Assembly (NCBI GenBank): GCA_012295275.1
Contig: CM022673.1
Coordinates: 22,506,001-22,570,000 of the forward strand
Direction: 5' to 3'
Source of the DNA: Chrysomallon squamiferum
Taxonomy: Eukaryota > Animalia > Mollusca
Length of the DNA stretch: 64,000 nucleotides
The stretch's first letter is position 1. The number at the start of each line of letters is the position of its first letter. Shown here in pieces: positions 15,901-28,200 of the stretch. Position numbers and translations under genes: made by a program. Under the pieces are notes generated by a model. The model was given only the letters and a program-made list of their open reading frames with translations. It was not told the origin of the DNA and made no database searches.

Positions 15901-18846
15901 TGAAGTATCATCATGATGAACATGACTAATTTAAATGAATTGTTAAACAATACCATTGGCAAATAGCAGAAGATACCCCACATAAACAGAACAAAAGAGG
16001 TGATTTAATAACAGGAACAAGACCTTTATGGTGATAATACTGATAACTTAATCTATTAAAATTATTGGATTAACAGATTTTTTATTTTTTAAAAGTAGTA
16101 TAATTTGATTAGTTTATTATATTAACAGTTTAGAGATTTAATAAGAAAATAGCAAATATGTGTGTATGTGGAGTAACTTAATGTTTCTTTATTCAACTCT
16201 GTTATAAGATACCCATTGTTTAAAGTTTTAATATGAAATTAACATTTGTATGTATATAGATTTTTTTTGTAAATAAATTTATATACTGGTTATTACAGCA
16301 GACATGTAATGATTTTGTAAAGGATTTTTCAAATATTTTATTGCTTGAAAGTTGAATCATATTTTATTGTTCATTTATAATTATCCATATGAACTTTAAA
16401 GCTATCTTCACAGAATTACTAGTTAGCTGTTTTCATAGCTGTTTTTATGATAATTCAATTTTGACAGTCATGTAATTTACAGATGGGTATTTATTTATAG
16501 CTGATGGAGTCAGAATATGAGAATATTCAAAATAAGAGCAATACTGATTATGAAAGCTGTATCATGTAAAGCAATCAATAAAAAGGTGGGGGGGGGGGCA
16601 GAAATGCTAACCACTTCTGTAATTGTCACTAGGTATTTGCAATTCATAGTGTCTGGGACAGGTTGTTGCAGTTGTTATTGATGTGTATGTTCATCTCAGT
16701 CTTTCAGTGTCTGGTCTGGAGCATATTTGGACATGTGCTGTTATATTTTGCTCTAGTTTGTGTAAAATTTACATATAAACACTCATAGATATGAATTTGT
16801 TAACAGCTAAAATATATAATTATGCACATACAGAATTCATATTTAGGCTACACGTTTTATTATTATTACATTATTAAACATTAAATATCATGTTAAAAAA
16901 GAAAAACTAATAAAAAATATACTAATACAATAATAATATTAAGATTTATTAACATACTGTGTACAGTGTATTCTTAAAATTACAAATACAATTTTTGCAA
17001 TATTAAGTGAAGTTTAAAAAATGAAATTAAAATCTCATTACTAAGTGCCAGTAATAAAGTTGTGGTATATGTCAAATGAATGATTTGTGCTTGAAGTCAA
17101 GTTGACCAAACAAGCCACTTTGTCAGTTTAATTGGTGTTATTTCGTGTACTTAAATTCCCAACAGCAGCTAGAACAAATAAGTTACAGTTTTATGAATAA
17201 AAGTTATAAAATTTTAGTTACATTGCAGTTTGTTCAGTTCTTAAATATAGATAGCTAAAAAGAAGTAATCGGGATTGGTAGTTCACAAACTAATAGACAT
17301 AACAGATGGCCTTTGGAATTGAATTTATTTGCTTTACACATAATAAGAATGAGTAAATAATATGCTAATTTTGTTATTGCACATGATTATATTTTCCTGT
17401 ACACAGTATATTTGTAAATTAACTATACCATGCATTTGACTGAGAAGAAAATTTGCTATCTGTTATGCTGGATATTATTTGCATTATTTAATGATATGGA
17501 AAAATATAAAAAAAATTTTTTTTATTCTGTAACAGAGAATGTTTAGCAGCAAGGACAACATCATAATTTTTCATGCTGGTGTAATTTCATTAATAATAAA
17601 TTTAAAATGTTTATCTCTAGATCAGGCATATTTATAATAATCATATTTATAATAGTTTAGGAACAAAAAAGTAAAGATGTTTGCCTTTTTTCTTTTTAAA
17701 AAAACAAAACAAACAACAACAAAACAGAAAATAAAGAAAACCAAAATGAAAACAGAAAATCCATGTGGTGACTACACACACACACACACATATATGTACA
17801 CAAATAAATAATAATAATAATAATAATAATAATAATCCACTTGGACAAACAATCAAAAGTATTCTATAACCTGAACAAGAAAAAAGAAATCAACCAACAA
17901 TACCACTAAACAAAACACTCACCATAACAAATAAGGTAATACGTTTAAATAAATTAATAATTCAGAGGATTTCATTGAAAATCCAAGAACATCATCAATG
18001 CAAGTTAAGATGGCTTTGATCAGGTGGCCTTGCTATGATAGATTGTTCTGGATTTTATGACCACTGGAATCCTAGAGTAAATAGTCAGATTTTGGAAGCA
18101 ATTACTTGAATCTTTACAAGAAGATGGACAATGCCAGAAATTGAACACCATTAAAGTTATGATCCAGTCTGTGTAATTGATTTGCTTTTATCACTGGCAA
18201 GAAAGAGATGAACTTACGTTTTTGAGACTTTCAGGATCAGGCAAACAAGAGGCTATTGTATTAATATTAATATATATAATTAGAACATTTTCAGATGCTT
18301 TGTTTAACAGCTATATATTTGTATAAATACTGGTAATACCATATGCTAATGTAGTAAGAAATATCAGACTGTAATTGTATAGAGTACATTTAAATTAATA
18401 TAGGAATTACATATACAAAATGAAAAGGTCATTATCACATTTTGTTCATGCAATGACTAAGCTAACTTTTAGGCACAACTAATTTTTCAGTCATTCCATG
18501 TTTTAAAAACAAGTTATTTGTAAGGTATTCATTAAGCAAAAAATTGTATTAATTTGTTGCATATGACTGAATCATGCTGTCAGAACATCTGAACTGTACA
18601 ACTATTGTCATTATGACTTGGTATTCTTATAAAGATACTGTGATCTATTGTGTAATGAGAATGCAAAGTGAACAAATCAAAATGATATAAAATAAGATGA
18701 AATTAAATTTCATATTCTTTAAAACTTTATTTCTAAAAATGATGTTTTGTAATTTATTGAAAGAGCACGCACACGCACACACACACACATTCAAACACAT
18801 GCACTCAATCACTGTATATCTATATATATATATATACTCCCAACCC

Positions 18847-18885
<39 letters not shown>

Positions 18886-18999
18886 TATAGCAGAATATAT
18901 AAATACACTGTCTTCTAGAAACTGAATCATAAATAACACTACGTTACGTAGCACAGTAGAAACACAACAGGGAGCAGTAACAGCACAGGATGAGCAAAC

Positions 19000-19353
19000 T
19001 TTGTCTTTTTTCAGAAAGCCTGTTGTGTCTCCATACCTGGTCAACAACTTCTTGCTGTCCTTGTCATACATCTTTGGGATACTGGACAGCTCCTCCTATG
19101 CTCGCTTCTGCATGGTGTTGGTCAGTAGGCAGTCAGCAACTTCGCTCTCATCCGAGGAATGGATGTGGTGTTTACCTCTCCTGACCACAGTCCCATCCGG
19201 TGTAGTAGTCACAGTGGCAAGGCACCTTGAATACAAACATCTCCATGGTACCATACTATTCTTGTTACTAATCTGCCGTGCATACCTATATCCATGAAGT
19301 ATGAGGTCTGCACCTGGTTTTCAGCTGTCCAAAATTTCTCCCTTCACAGCCAT
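19000..19353 (-). mobile_element. FLYWCH zinc-finger remnant of a Mutator-like (MULE/Phantom-type) transposase
   Basis: The minus strand from ATG 19353 reads MAVKGEILDS*KPGADLILHGYRYARQISNKNSMVPWRCLYSRCLATVTTTPDGTVVRRGKHHIHSSDESEVADCLLTNTMQKRA*EELSSIPKMYD. This has the FLYWCH pattern GYxY...WRC...C...HxH followed by the KRA.EE...IP..Y helix of animal MULEs. Two stop codons; termini not found. Confidence 0.75.
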
Positions 19354-21063
19354 GATCAAACATAACAAACATCATATCTGTACAGTATTTATATAGGTAG
19401 TATTTCCTGACTTCACTGCTCATTAAAGTTAATTTTGTTAATCGCCCCCTCTGTTCTTCATGCCTCTAAATTGGCCTTAATTGCTCACACCAGTTTTCCC
19501 ATTTCTGGAAGCAGATTATAACACCTCACCGATTACATAATCTGGAGACTGCCAGTTTTGTGAACAATGGAAATAAGCATTTCTGTCACCAAATTTCATT
19601 TTTATCCTAGGCATCAGTAATAGAAACATATTTCTTTCTAGACATCATCAGAGATGTTTTCTCTGAGTGGATTTACAGCAGCAATTATTACTAGCCACTG
19701 ATCAAATATTAAACATATGTACCATTGAACAAACATATATTTTCATTCCAGTAAGTCCTAATTGATCTCTAGTGGGGGTTCCTACCATAACATTCAACAC
19801 AGATGATCCACCAGCTGCCAGACAAGATGCACGTAACACTGGAGAGTTCCATAATGAAATATTCATAACCATTTCAGAAATGATATACACATAACATGAA
19901 TACTATAATTTACTTAGTAATGGTAGATGAGTGAGTGAGTTTAACTGACAGAACATACTGCTTTTTTCTTTTAATCTTTCTTTCTGGTACTGTGGTATAC
20001 ATCTGTTTTCACATGGATGTTCTAAATGATGATTGATATAGCAGTACTAAGATTTCATGTGGACCATATATGAACTGCAGGTCTGAAGAGGTTCATTTAT
20101 GTTTTGTTTAGAATTTAGCTTATTCAATCATTGTTAGGCAAAACATTTGTGTTTATTTTTCTTTGTAGCATATTTTAGCTGTATTTTAATTATAATGTAA
20201 AACTGCTGTTAACAGAATATTGGATATTAACAAGTATTTAACTGATATTATATATGTTTTTCACATATCTAGTATATTTGCTTATATAGGTAGTCCTTTA
20301 TGATTTTGTGTTTCTGCTAGACTGTCTACCATAGTCATGTATGGAAAATATTAACACTGAAAAAATTACAGCATTAGAAAAAATTCCACCCAGAAAAATA
20401 AACACTCTGAAAATAAGGAAAAATAACATCCCTTCTACATTTATTTATATGATTTTTGTTCTTTTTCTAATTTTATTGTAATTTTTACTTTGTTTGTTTT
20501 TGAATTAAGTTTTGGAACCAGTTCGTAAGCAAAAACAAATGTATTTATTATGTAAAGGGCCATTTGACAATTAATATTGTCTTTACAAACGTGTATCTGT
20601 GTGAAAATGAAAAAGAAACATTCTGTAACTTCCTGGTAGAAGTGCAATGTGTCAGTATCAGTGTAGCAGTATGTTTGCTTAAAGTCTTTTTGGCTATTTT
20701 AAACATTCATGTACATTCTTAAAAATTAGTCTTTTGTGTGTGTGTGTGTGTGTGTTTAATTTGGATTTTTAATTTGTTTATAATAATAGTTGGTTACCTT
20801 TCTGATGATCTTAAAGAAGTAGGTGAATATAAAATACATCAAAACCCAAACAAACCCACCAAAACTTTGCTTATTAAATGCAGTTAGAAACAGTGTTATG
20901 CTTAAGGTTGTTTTTTTTGGATAAAAGTAAATATTTATAACAATGTTGTCTTCATCTTCATGATAAATGCTATTAACTGTATTCATATTTTTATACTGTG
21001 CTGTTGTTGGTCACATAGCTTCAACACATACATAAGCTGTGTACAAGACCAACAGTGGTCATA

Positions 21064-21425
21064 GGAATAGGAATAGGAATAGGAGCAAGCTGTTGTGAAG
21101 CACGTCTGCGACAGGCACACTTTCTGACAGGTCAGCGGGCGTGTCCGTCGCAGAAAAGAGTTTTGGGTAGGGAAAAGAATGGGTTCTCACCACGATTGCA
21201 GGACACAAGGGAGTGTCCAGCATATCGGATCGTAACGAGTCGGTACGGATGTTTTGCAGCCGCAAATTCGCCCCCTGTGATCTCTAGCACAATCTCTCAG
21301 CCATCACCGGGTCCGTGTTGTTTGCCGTCCTGGTTGTTCTGCTCTTGGCTGCTGTGTTGTTTCTTTTTGGCTGCTGTTGTTGTTTCTTTTTGGCTGCTTC
21401 CTTCTGGTCCACGAAGTCCAAACCT

Positions 21426-21458
<33 letters not shown>

Positions 21459-23089
21459 CAATGGTCTTTTTATTGTTTTAAAAGATATTATAAAAAACCT
21501 GCAACTAAAACAAATAAGAACATAAATGTAGTTAACTTATTTACATTTTATTTTAATTTAAAAGATGTTATATATCCTGAAACTAGGACTAAGAATATGA
21601 GAAAAAAAAAAAAAAATTCAATTAATTAAATTATAAAAAAATTCAATTGAAATAAGACACCATAACCGGGTTAGTAGTGTCTGAAAGTGGGTTCGTATAG
21701 TACGTTTATCATTTTTTAATTATTAATTTAATTGGCCATTCAAATTGATCCGTCAATCAGCCGATCCATCCGTAGATCCATCAGCTGTTCAACCAATCAA
21801 TCTGCAAGTCAATAGATTTATATAATTGTTGTTTGTTTTTGTCAAAAAAAAAAAAAAAAAAAAAAGGTTTAAAGTTTGTGTTTTGTTTTGAGAATGTAAT
21901 TTGTTACTGCAGCGAGGACTGAACTCTCTGTCTTTCATGTTTGGTGCCAGGATGTGTTGGAGCGTGAACTCAATTTTTAGTTCCTCCAATGTATTGCGTA
22001 GTGCTTGTCTTTCCTTGGCAAAATTTGGACAGTGAAACAAGTAGTGTTCATGGTTTCTGAGAGTCCACAACTGCAGTTGGGTGATGTGATGATGTTATGT
22101 TTGTATAGAATTGCGTTTAGGCTGGTTGAGTAACCAATTCTGGCTTTGGTGAGATTGTTGTTGTGTAGTTTGTTGGCGAGTGTGATTTTGGGTGTTTTGG
22201 CGAGTGGTTTGATGTTTAAGTGCCATTTATTTTTGGTGTTGTTCCATTCGTTTTGCCATTGTTTGTTGTAATGTTTGGCTGCAATGGAGACAATTTCCTT
22301 TATTCCGTAATGTATGTCTGTGCAGATGTCTTCGTCTTTAATGCTCAGTGACTGTTTGGCGTAATGGTCGGCAAGTTCGTTGCCGATGATGCCGACGTGT
22401 GCTGGGAGCCACTCGATGGTTAGTTCTTTCTTGTTGTGTTGTATTTCCTCGTGTAGTTGTTGTATTTTGCTGAGCAGGTCTGGTCTGCTGGAACTTCCGG
22501 ATTGTATTGAGATCACAGAACTTAGACTGTCCGAGAAAATGACTGTGTGTTTGTTGTTGTTGTGTTTTACCCACAGCATGGCTCTGATGATGGCTACCAA
22601 CTCGGCCGTATATACCGAAAGGTGATTTCTGATACGGCTGAATTGTATGCATGTGGGTTTGTTTGTGTATTATCTTGGGCTATGAAGGTGAATCCTACTC
22701 TCCCGTTGTCTGGGTTTTTGGATCCGTCAGTGTAGATGTGTGCGTGTTGTTTGTAGTGGTCATTTGCTGCTGCCAAAAAAAGGATTTTTTGGAACGGTTG
22801 GATCTCTGTTTTGTCAGTTTCTGTTTTGATCAGGAAAGGTGTATTTATTGTTGGTTTTGTTTCTTTGTGGTATGCCTGCAGTGGCATTTCACCTATTCCT
22901 GTTTCCCTTTCGATTTCGCTAGCTGTTGTCGGGAAGTTCGATAGTAGTAGACTATGCAATTTGAAGAGTTGTCCTATCCTTTGTTCGTCGGGGACCAGAT
23001 CCTTGACTGGGTGGTCTGTGTTGAGTGTGTGTATTTTCAGGTTGTATTTTAGTAGCTGCAGTTTTCTTCTGTATTTTAATGGTTGGATT
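21064..23089 (-). mobile_element. 5'-truncated I-group (I/Nimb-like) non-LTR retrotransposon with RNase H, ~2.0 kb
   Basis: 12-bp TSD ACAGTGGTCATA at 21052-21063 and 23090-23101. The 3' tail is (TTCCTA)n on the minus strand. CpGs are well preserved relative to the host, suggesting recent insertion. Confidence 0.92.
21869..23089 (-). pseudogene. LINE ORF2 C-terminal fragment: RNase H domain plus CCHC knuckle, with about 3 frameshifts
   Basis: IYTDGSK (first catalytic Asp), VYTAEL, VIFSDSLS, EWLPAHVGIIGNELADHYAK, WQNEW, LTKARIG, SPNCSCGLSET..HYLFHC, ending VLAAVTNYILKTKHKL* (TAA 21871-21869). Pieced together from ORFs 22594-23100, 21977-22600 and 21789-22070. Confidence 0.9.
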
Positions 23090-24479
23090 ACAGTGGTCAT
23101 AAAGATAATATAACTTTATACAAAACAAATTAATTAATGTTTGTCTATCAGTAATGGTAAGCTAATTATTGCAAGGTTTGGTGATTTTGGTTACAGTAGT
23201 TACATCATAATCACTCAAGCATTTCACTTCAAACCTTGATGTTTTGTAAATATTTTTAATCTCATGCATTGTTTCCTGTTTCTGACAAATGTTGGTGTGA
23301 GTGCTGAAAACAGTTTATTGTATCAAGTTGCATTTTTTGATAAAAGGTATCTTTACCTTGGCCTTGACTTCCTTTCAGACTGTAATTGTAAGGATTTGGA
23401 ACATCAAGCAGTGTAATTCAGTCAGTAAAATATTTAAGTATAGCTTCTTAATTTGAATTCAGTTTCTTATAATTTTAAAAATGTTTTCATTGCAAGAGAT
23501 TATATTTTAATGCCTTAACTTCAAAGCTTGTATTTAATCATTGAAACAGCGTAAAAATACAAATAAACAATCTTTATGCAAATGTTACTTTTCATTCAAA
23601 CTAGTATTTATTGCTGTATTTATTGCTTTTATAGATTCTTCCTTTCCCTTTATTATGTGAAATATAACTTTTCATTGTAACAAAGGCGGTGCAGGAAATA
23701 AATGATTAAATAAATAAATAAAAATAATTATTTTTTAATGTTACTGCTTTGGTTACTTGTTACTGATCTATAAAATAATTTCTAAAGAAAGTTTCTTTGT
23801 ATTCACATTACAGTGTCCTAATTAATGTATAGAAGAGTACTTGAATTGTACACTAGAACTTCACAGCTCTTCATTTGTAACAGCTTTGTCTTTTGAATTA
23901 GGTGTTATTAGATTATTACAATAGCAGTTTCTAAAAGCTGAATTTTCTGCTTCATGTAACAAGTTTTTGTTGGTTGATGATACACTGCTCTTTTCATTGC
24001 ATCTGACACTTAATTTGCATTGCTTTGAAACTAATTCAATCACAAGTATTTGGACTCTAGTCTTCTGCTTGACAGCTAGACAGTGCTAGATTGATCATTT
24101 TTTCGTTTTCTTATTCTTTCTGTTGAAGATTAAAAGTTTGTTCAGTGAGTGGTTTTATTTATTTATACAAGAAAAAGAAGTAAATTAACCAAAGAAAACA
24201 GTTCTCCATGAAAACCATTTTGTTATTTATTTTTACAGTTTCTGAATATATTATTAAAACTTATTAATCATAAATTGTGTTATTAAATATACAGTGTGAT
24301 AGTTTATTTAACTTTATTTTCTGATTGATGAAAAAAAGGCACTGTTTTAATAATAATAATACATTAATTATGAAATATTTATTTATTTATTTTTATTATC
24401 CAAAAGATGAGAGATTTACATTTCAAGATTGATATATCTATATCTATATATCTGTGTGTGCGTGTGTGTGTTTATATAT

Positions 24480-25229
24480 CTGGACTTATGAGTTCCTGAA
24501 CTTACGAGTTTTTTGCGTTACGAGCAGTTGCCCTGTTGATTATTTGTTTTGAGTTGCAAGCCAGAATCCGAGTTATGAGCAAGCTTCAGATATGCCGCTG
24601 CTGGTTGGTGCAACTAACAACATCCCACATCTCACTCATTTACTTCATGTGGTTAGCTCGCCACAGAAACATCTCTGTTGTGTTGTTCTCGCATTTTGTG
24701 CAGTATTTTGCCAAATTTCCTTTTTCTGTCCATGGATCCTAAGAAAGTGAGTGCAAAGGACAGTGTTGAGAAGAAAAAGCGGATGATGTCCATTGAATTA
24801 AAGCTTGAATTCATAGAATAACATGCAGGAGGTGTGCATGTATTCGACTTGGCTAGGCAGTATGAGTGTAGTACTTATACGATATGTACCATACTGAAGC
24901 TGAAAGAGTTGATAAAGGCTGTAACTGCATCCAAAGGTGTTAAAATAATTTGTCTGACCTCCAAGGATAAATACACTTTACAAAATCAGTTTATTTCTCT
25001 ACATTCTCTTTTATTTTGTTCTTTAGGCACAATACAATATTTGTCATATATAAATACATTTTTGTTATTTAAAAACAGATTACCCCCAAAAATGGGGTGG
25101 TTTTGGGGGCTGGAACGGATTAATGGTTTTTCAGTTAATTTCAGTTGGGAAAATTGATTTGATATACAAGCAAATTGAGTTAAGAGCTTGGTCATAGAAT
25201 GAATTAAACTTGTAAGACAAATGTACCCA
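24480..25229 (+). mobile_element. Internally deleted Tigger/pogo-like DNA transposon with CENP-B-type HTH remnant
   Basis: ATG 24732 gives MDPKKVSAKDSVEKKKRMMSIELKLEFIE*HAGGVHVFDLARQYECSTYTICTILKLKELIKAVTASKGVKII (TIGD1-like psq/HTH N-terminus). TTA(C/T)GAG subterminal motifs repeat at 24485-24580. The right end is Tigger-like, GGAACGGATTAAT...GAATTAAACTTGTAAGACAAATGTACC, next to TA repeats. Confidence 0.85.
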
Positions 25230-28200
25230 TATATATAGATATATCATCTTGAAATGTAAATCTCTCATTTGGATAATATATATATATTATACCAAAGGTC
25301 CTAGCTTGCCTTATCTTTTATAGAGAGGTGTGTCTTGTTTGTCCACGTTAGTATTAATGCGTTTGAAAATTAAATAAAAAATGTTGTGGTCTTTCATGTT
25401 CACCACTTTCAAGTTCTGGGTAAAAGCTGATAATACATCATGATCCAGTTGTCTACCAGTTCATTTGACCAGAGCAAAATTAATGATGAAAAATAGCTTA
25501 AAAATTACCAATAAAATAATATATTTTAAAAGATATGTATCATTGTATGGCTATAAATTGTGTTTTAAAAATCTGATTTTATGTTATTTATACAGTAATT
25601 TAAAAGTGAAATGAAAAGATTATTGCTTGACTGGTGAACCGGAATCAGCATGTCTCTATAAATGAGAATGAAGTAATTAGACTACAAGATAAATCTCTGT
25701 TAATACCAATAACAGTAATTGAAAAGAATTGATGTATCTTTTATTATTATTATAAAAAAGGATGAAGATGTTAATTCAAACAATCAGCTGGAAAATGTAG
25801 TAAAAGAAATTTTGCTCTATTTTAGATGTATATTTGGCTGCATTCTTGAAATTTGTTGAACTGATAGAAAGTAATTTTCTTGATAGTTTGAAGTAATCAT
25901 TAGTGTTTTTGTATTGTGGTAAATAATTTGGTATTTTCTAAGATTTTTAATTATAAGAAATATAGAATTTAGTGGGTTTTTTCTGGAACCATTTTTTGGT
26001 TAAAGAGAACAAAGATCATTTCTTGATATAGGAATAATACAAAAAAATTAATATTATCTCTTTTGAGACTGTATCTTAAGTTAAGGAACATTGTTAAAAA
26101 GATTTAACGTTGTACACTTTGCAGACCTATATGATTTGGCATGCAACACAGATACAGCATATCTTGAACTGACTGCTGTTGCACCAATGAGATTTGCACT
26201 TGTGAGACAGAAGTTGACAGACTGGTATATACAACAAGCAAGAATCAATATTGCTAAACTTGTGTGTTACTGCAGTCAGTTGCTTTCTCACTGTATGTTT
26301 TGTGTTGGAGTCCTAGTACAGAATATGGGTGGTAAAGATGGGAGCATGGCATAGAAGGGGAGGCTGATGAGAGCTGGATTCTTTTTTGAATATTAGTTAT
26401 GTATATAATTGGTAGACATGATGTGTAAGGCATGATATTATTATTATTATTTTTTTTAAATTTCATTAATTCATGTGTATGAGAAGGTAAATTTACTTAT
26501 CTTTTTGTTTATATTCCTGGCATTTTTTGCGTTTTTGTAAAAAAGAAGAAAAAAGCTGTATTTGTATCATTTAGTAGATGTTTGATGATGGTTTGTGTTT
26601 AAACACAACATGCAAATATGTGTCTCGTGAATATTTTTATTGGGAATCATAAATTTCTTTAATTTGTTTTAATCTTCACACTGTTATCAAGAAAGATAGT
26701 TTCACTGATTAACAAAGCAAAGAATCTATTTCTTTTAAAATTACAGCTTGAACATACAATAACACTGTTGGCTAGAGTACTCTGGATTATGGTTTCTGTT
26801 TTTCTGGTGGACCTGTGTGACTGGGTTTTATGATTAGGGAAGATCAGGACCATGTATTAAAAATGTATGTCTTTAATTTATAGAATAGTCTACAGTATTG
26901 CAACAACCAGTTTTCTTTTATAAGTGTTTATTTATTATATGGATAATACTTCAGGTTTGTTATTTTGAGCAATATCCTTTAGAGTGAATGTTAATGTTAT
27001 GATTTTAGAAAACATACATTTTTGCTGTTTCTGAATGATTAATAATCCTTTGTTTATCAACTGATCTCATGGAGTCATTGGTAATTACTTATCCAATGGT
27101 AGGTCTGAAATGAGCTCTTTACCACAGTGATGTGTTTTGCTTTTTACCTGTGTGTTTTCACAGGTGTAATGTCTTTTTGATATTCTATTTTCAGCACTGC
27201 AGTAATATTGCTGATCTGTTCCACAAGTAATCTTAAATGAGCTGCAGATTTGAGAACAAATTACCTTTATTTGATACTGAACTGCTATTGTAATTTCCAT
27301 CTTAAATTTAACTAAAAAAATGTGTTAATTCCAATGACTTGTATTACATTTTTAAAAGTTATTAACTGTTCCTGATGAAGAAAAAAAAAGATACAGAGTC
27401 ATTTTGGGGGGGTGGGTCAGAGAGTAAAATAAAGCAGAATATTCAACCACATGTTTATAATTTATATTATTAAAAAAAGCATAGGTCTGACACCATCAGT
27501 TTATTACTATTAACACACACACACAGCATTTTTTTAATATTTTTATTTATTTATATAAACAGTCTATAATTAAATATTTGCTTGTAAATTGTCAAAATAT
27601 ACTTTTTTAATATTATGTTCAGAGAAATAGTTCCTGTATGTACTTGATGTGTGAAAGATCAGACAAACTGAATAAACACTCATTTGGTTATGTCTACAGA
27701 TTAAGTAAATCAATATTATGTGATCTGTCAAATATATTTTAAATATTATTCTTTATTATGAAAATGCATCTGACTGTTGTTTAGTTTTTATAAAAAATAT
27801 GGAAGTATTCTTGCATCCTTAATAATCTAATCAATAATATAACAAGTTGGCTCTTGTATTTTGTTGACTCCTTTCTGTGTAGTCCACATATTTCTTGGCT
27901 AAATAGCTTGCAGCAGTTTGTGGACTTTTTCTTTTAAAAAAAAAACCAGAAGAAAAAAGCTTTCTTTTCCAAAGCTGTATGTAATTAATGTAGCAAACAG
28001 CTTCAAGGAAGATGTTCAGTTGCATCTGCATGACATGAACCAGTCTGCTGAAGAAGCAGAAGAAAATGATGCATGTGCAGTTTGTTAACAAAAACCAGAT
28101 ACTTCCACTATTTCAGCTATTGAATTAGTCAGCATTTACACAAACATAGATTTTGTCTGTGAATAATATTTGTACTTGATAGAGACTTTTAGTTCTCTAA

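Noticed and set aside
19702-19890. Minus-strand ORF containing GGSSVLNVMV, reminiscent of the GMC oxidoreductase GGSS.LN.M motif
   Set aside because: It lacks the flanking RGK.LG and Y.RG residues and any other GMC exon; most likely chance.
20343-20420. Reiterated GAAAA(A)T..CAC motifs resembling a MULE-type terminus
   Set aside because: Too degenerate, with no partner end or TSD; the orientation does not fit the FLYWCH remnant at 19.0-19.35 kb.
21061-21083. (ATAGGA)n as a telomeric or interstitial telomere repeat
   Set aside because: It is not TTAGGG or TTAGG, has only 3-4 units and abuts the TSD, so it is explained as the LINE tail.
21104-21154. Possible hammerhead ribozyme (CUGA...GAAA) in the LINE 3' hairpin
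   Set aside because: The minus strand reads CUGACCUGUCAGAAA, lacking the CUGANGA core and stem II geometry; kept only as a stem-loop.
21055-21629. 156-aa and 104-aa plus-strand ORFs
   Set aside because: Antisense to the LINE 3' UTR, running through a microsatellite and poly(T); no protein-like content.
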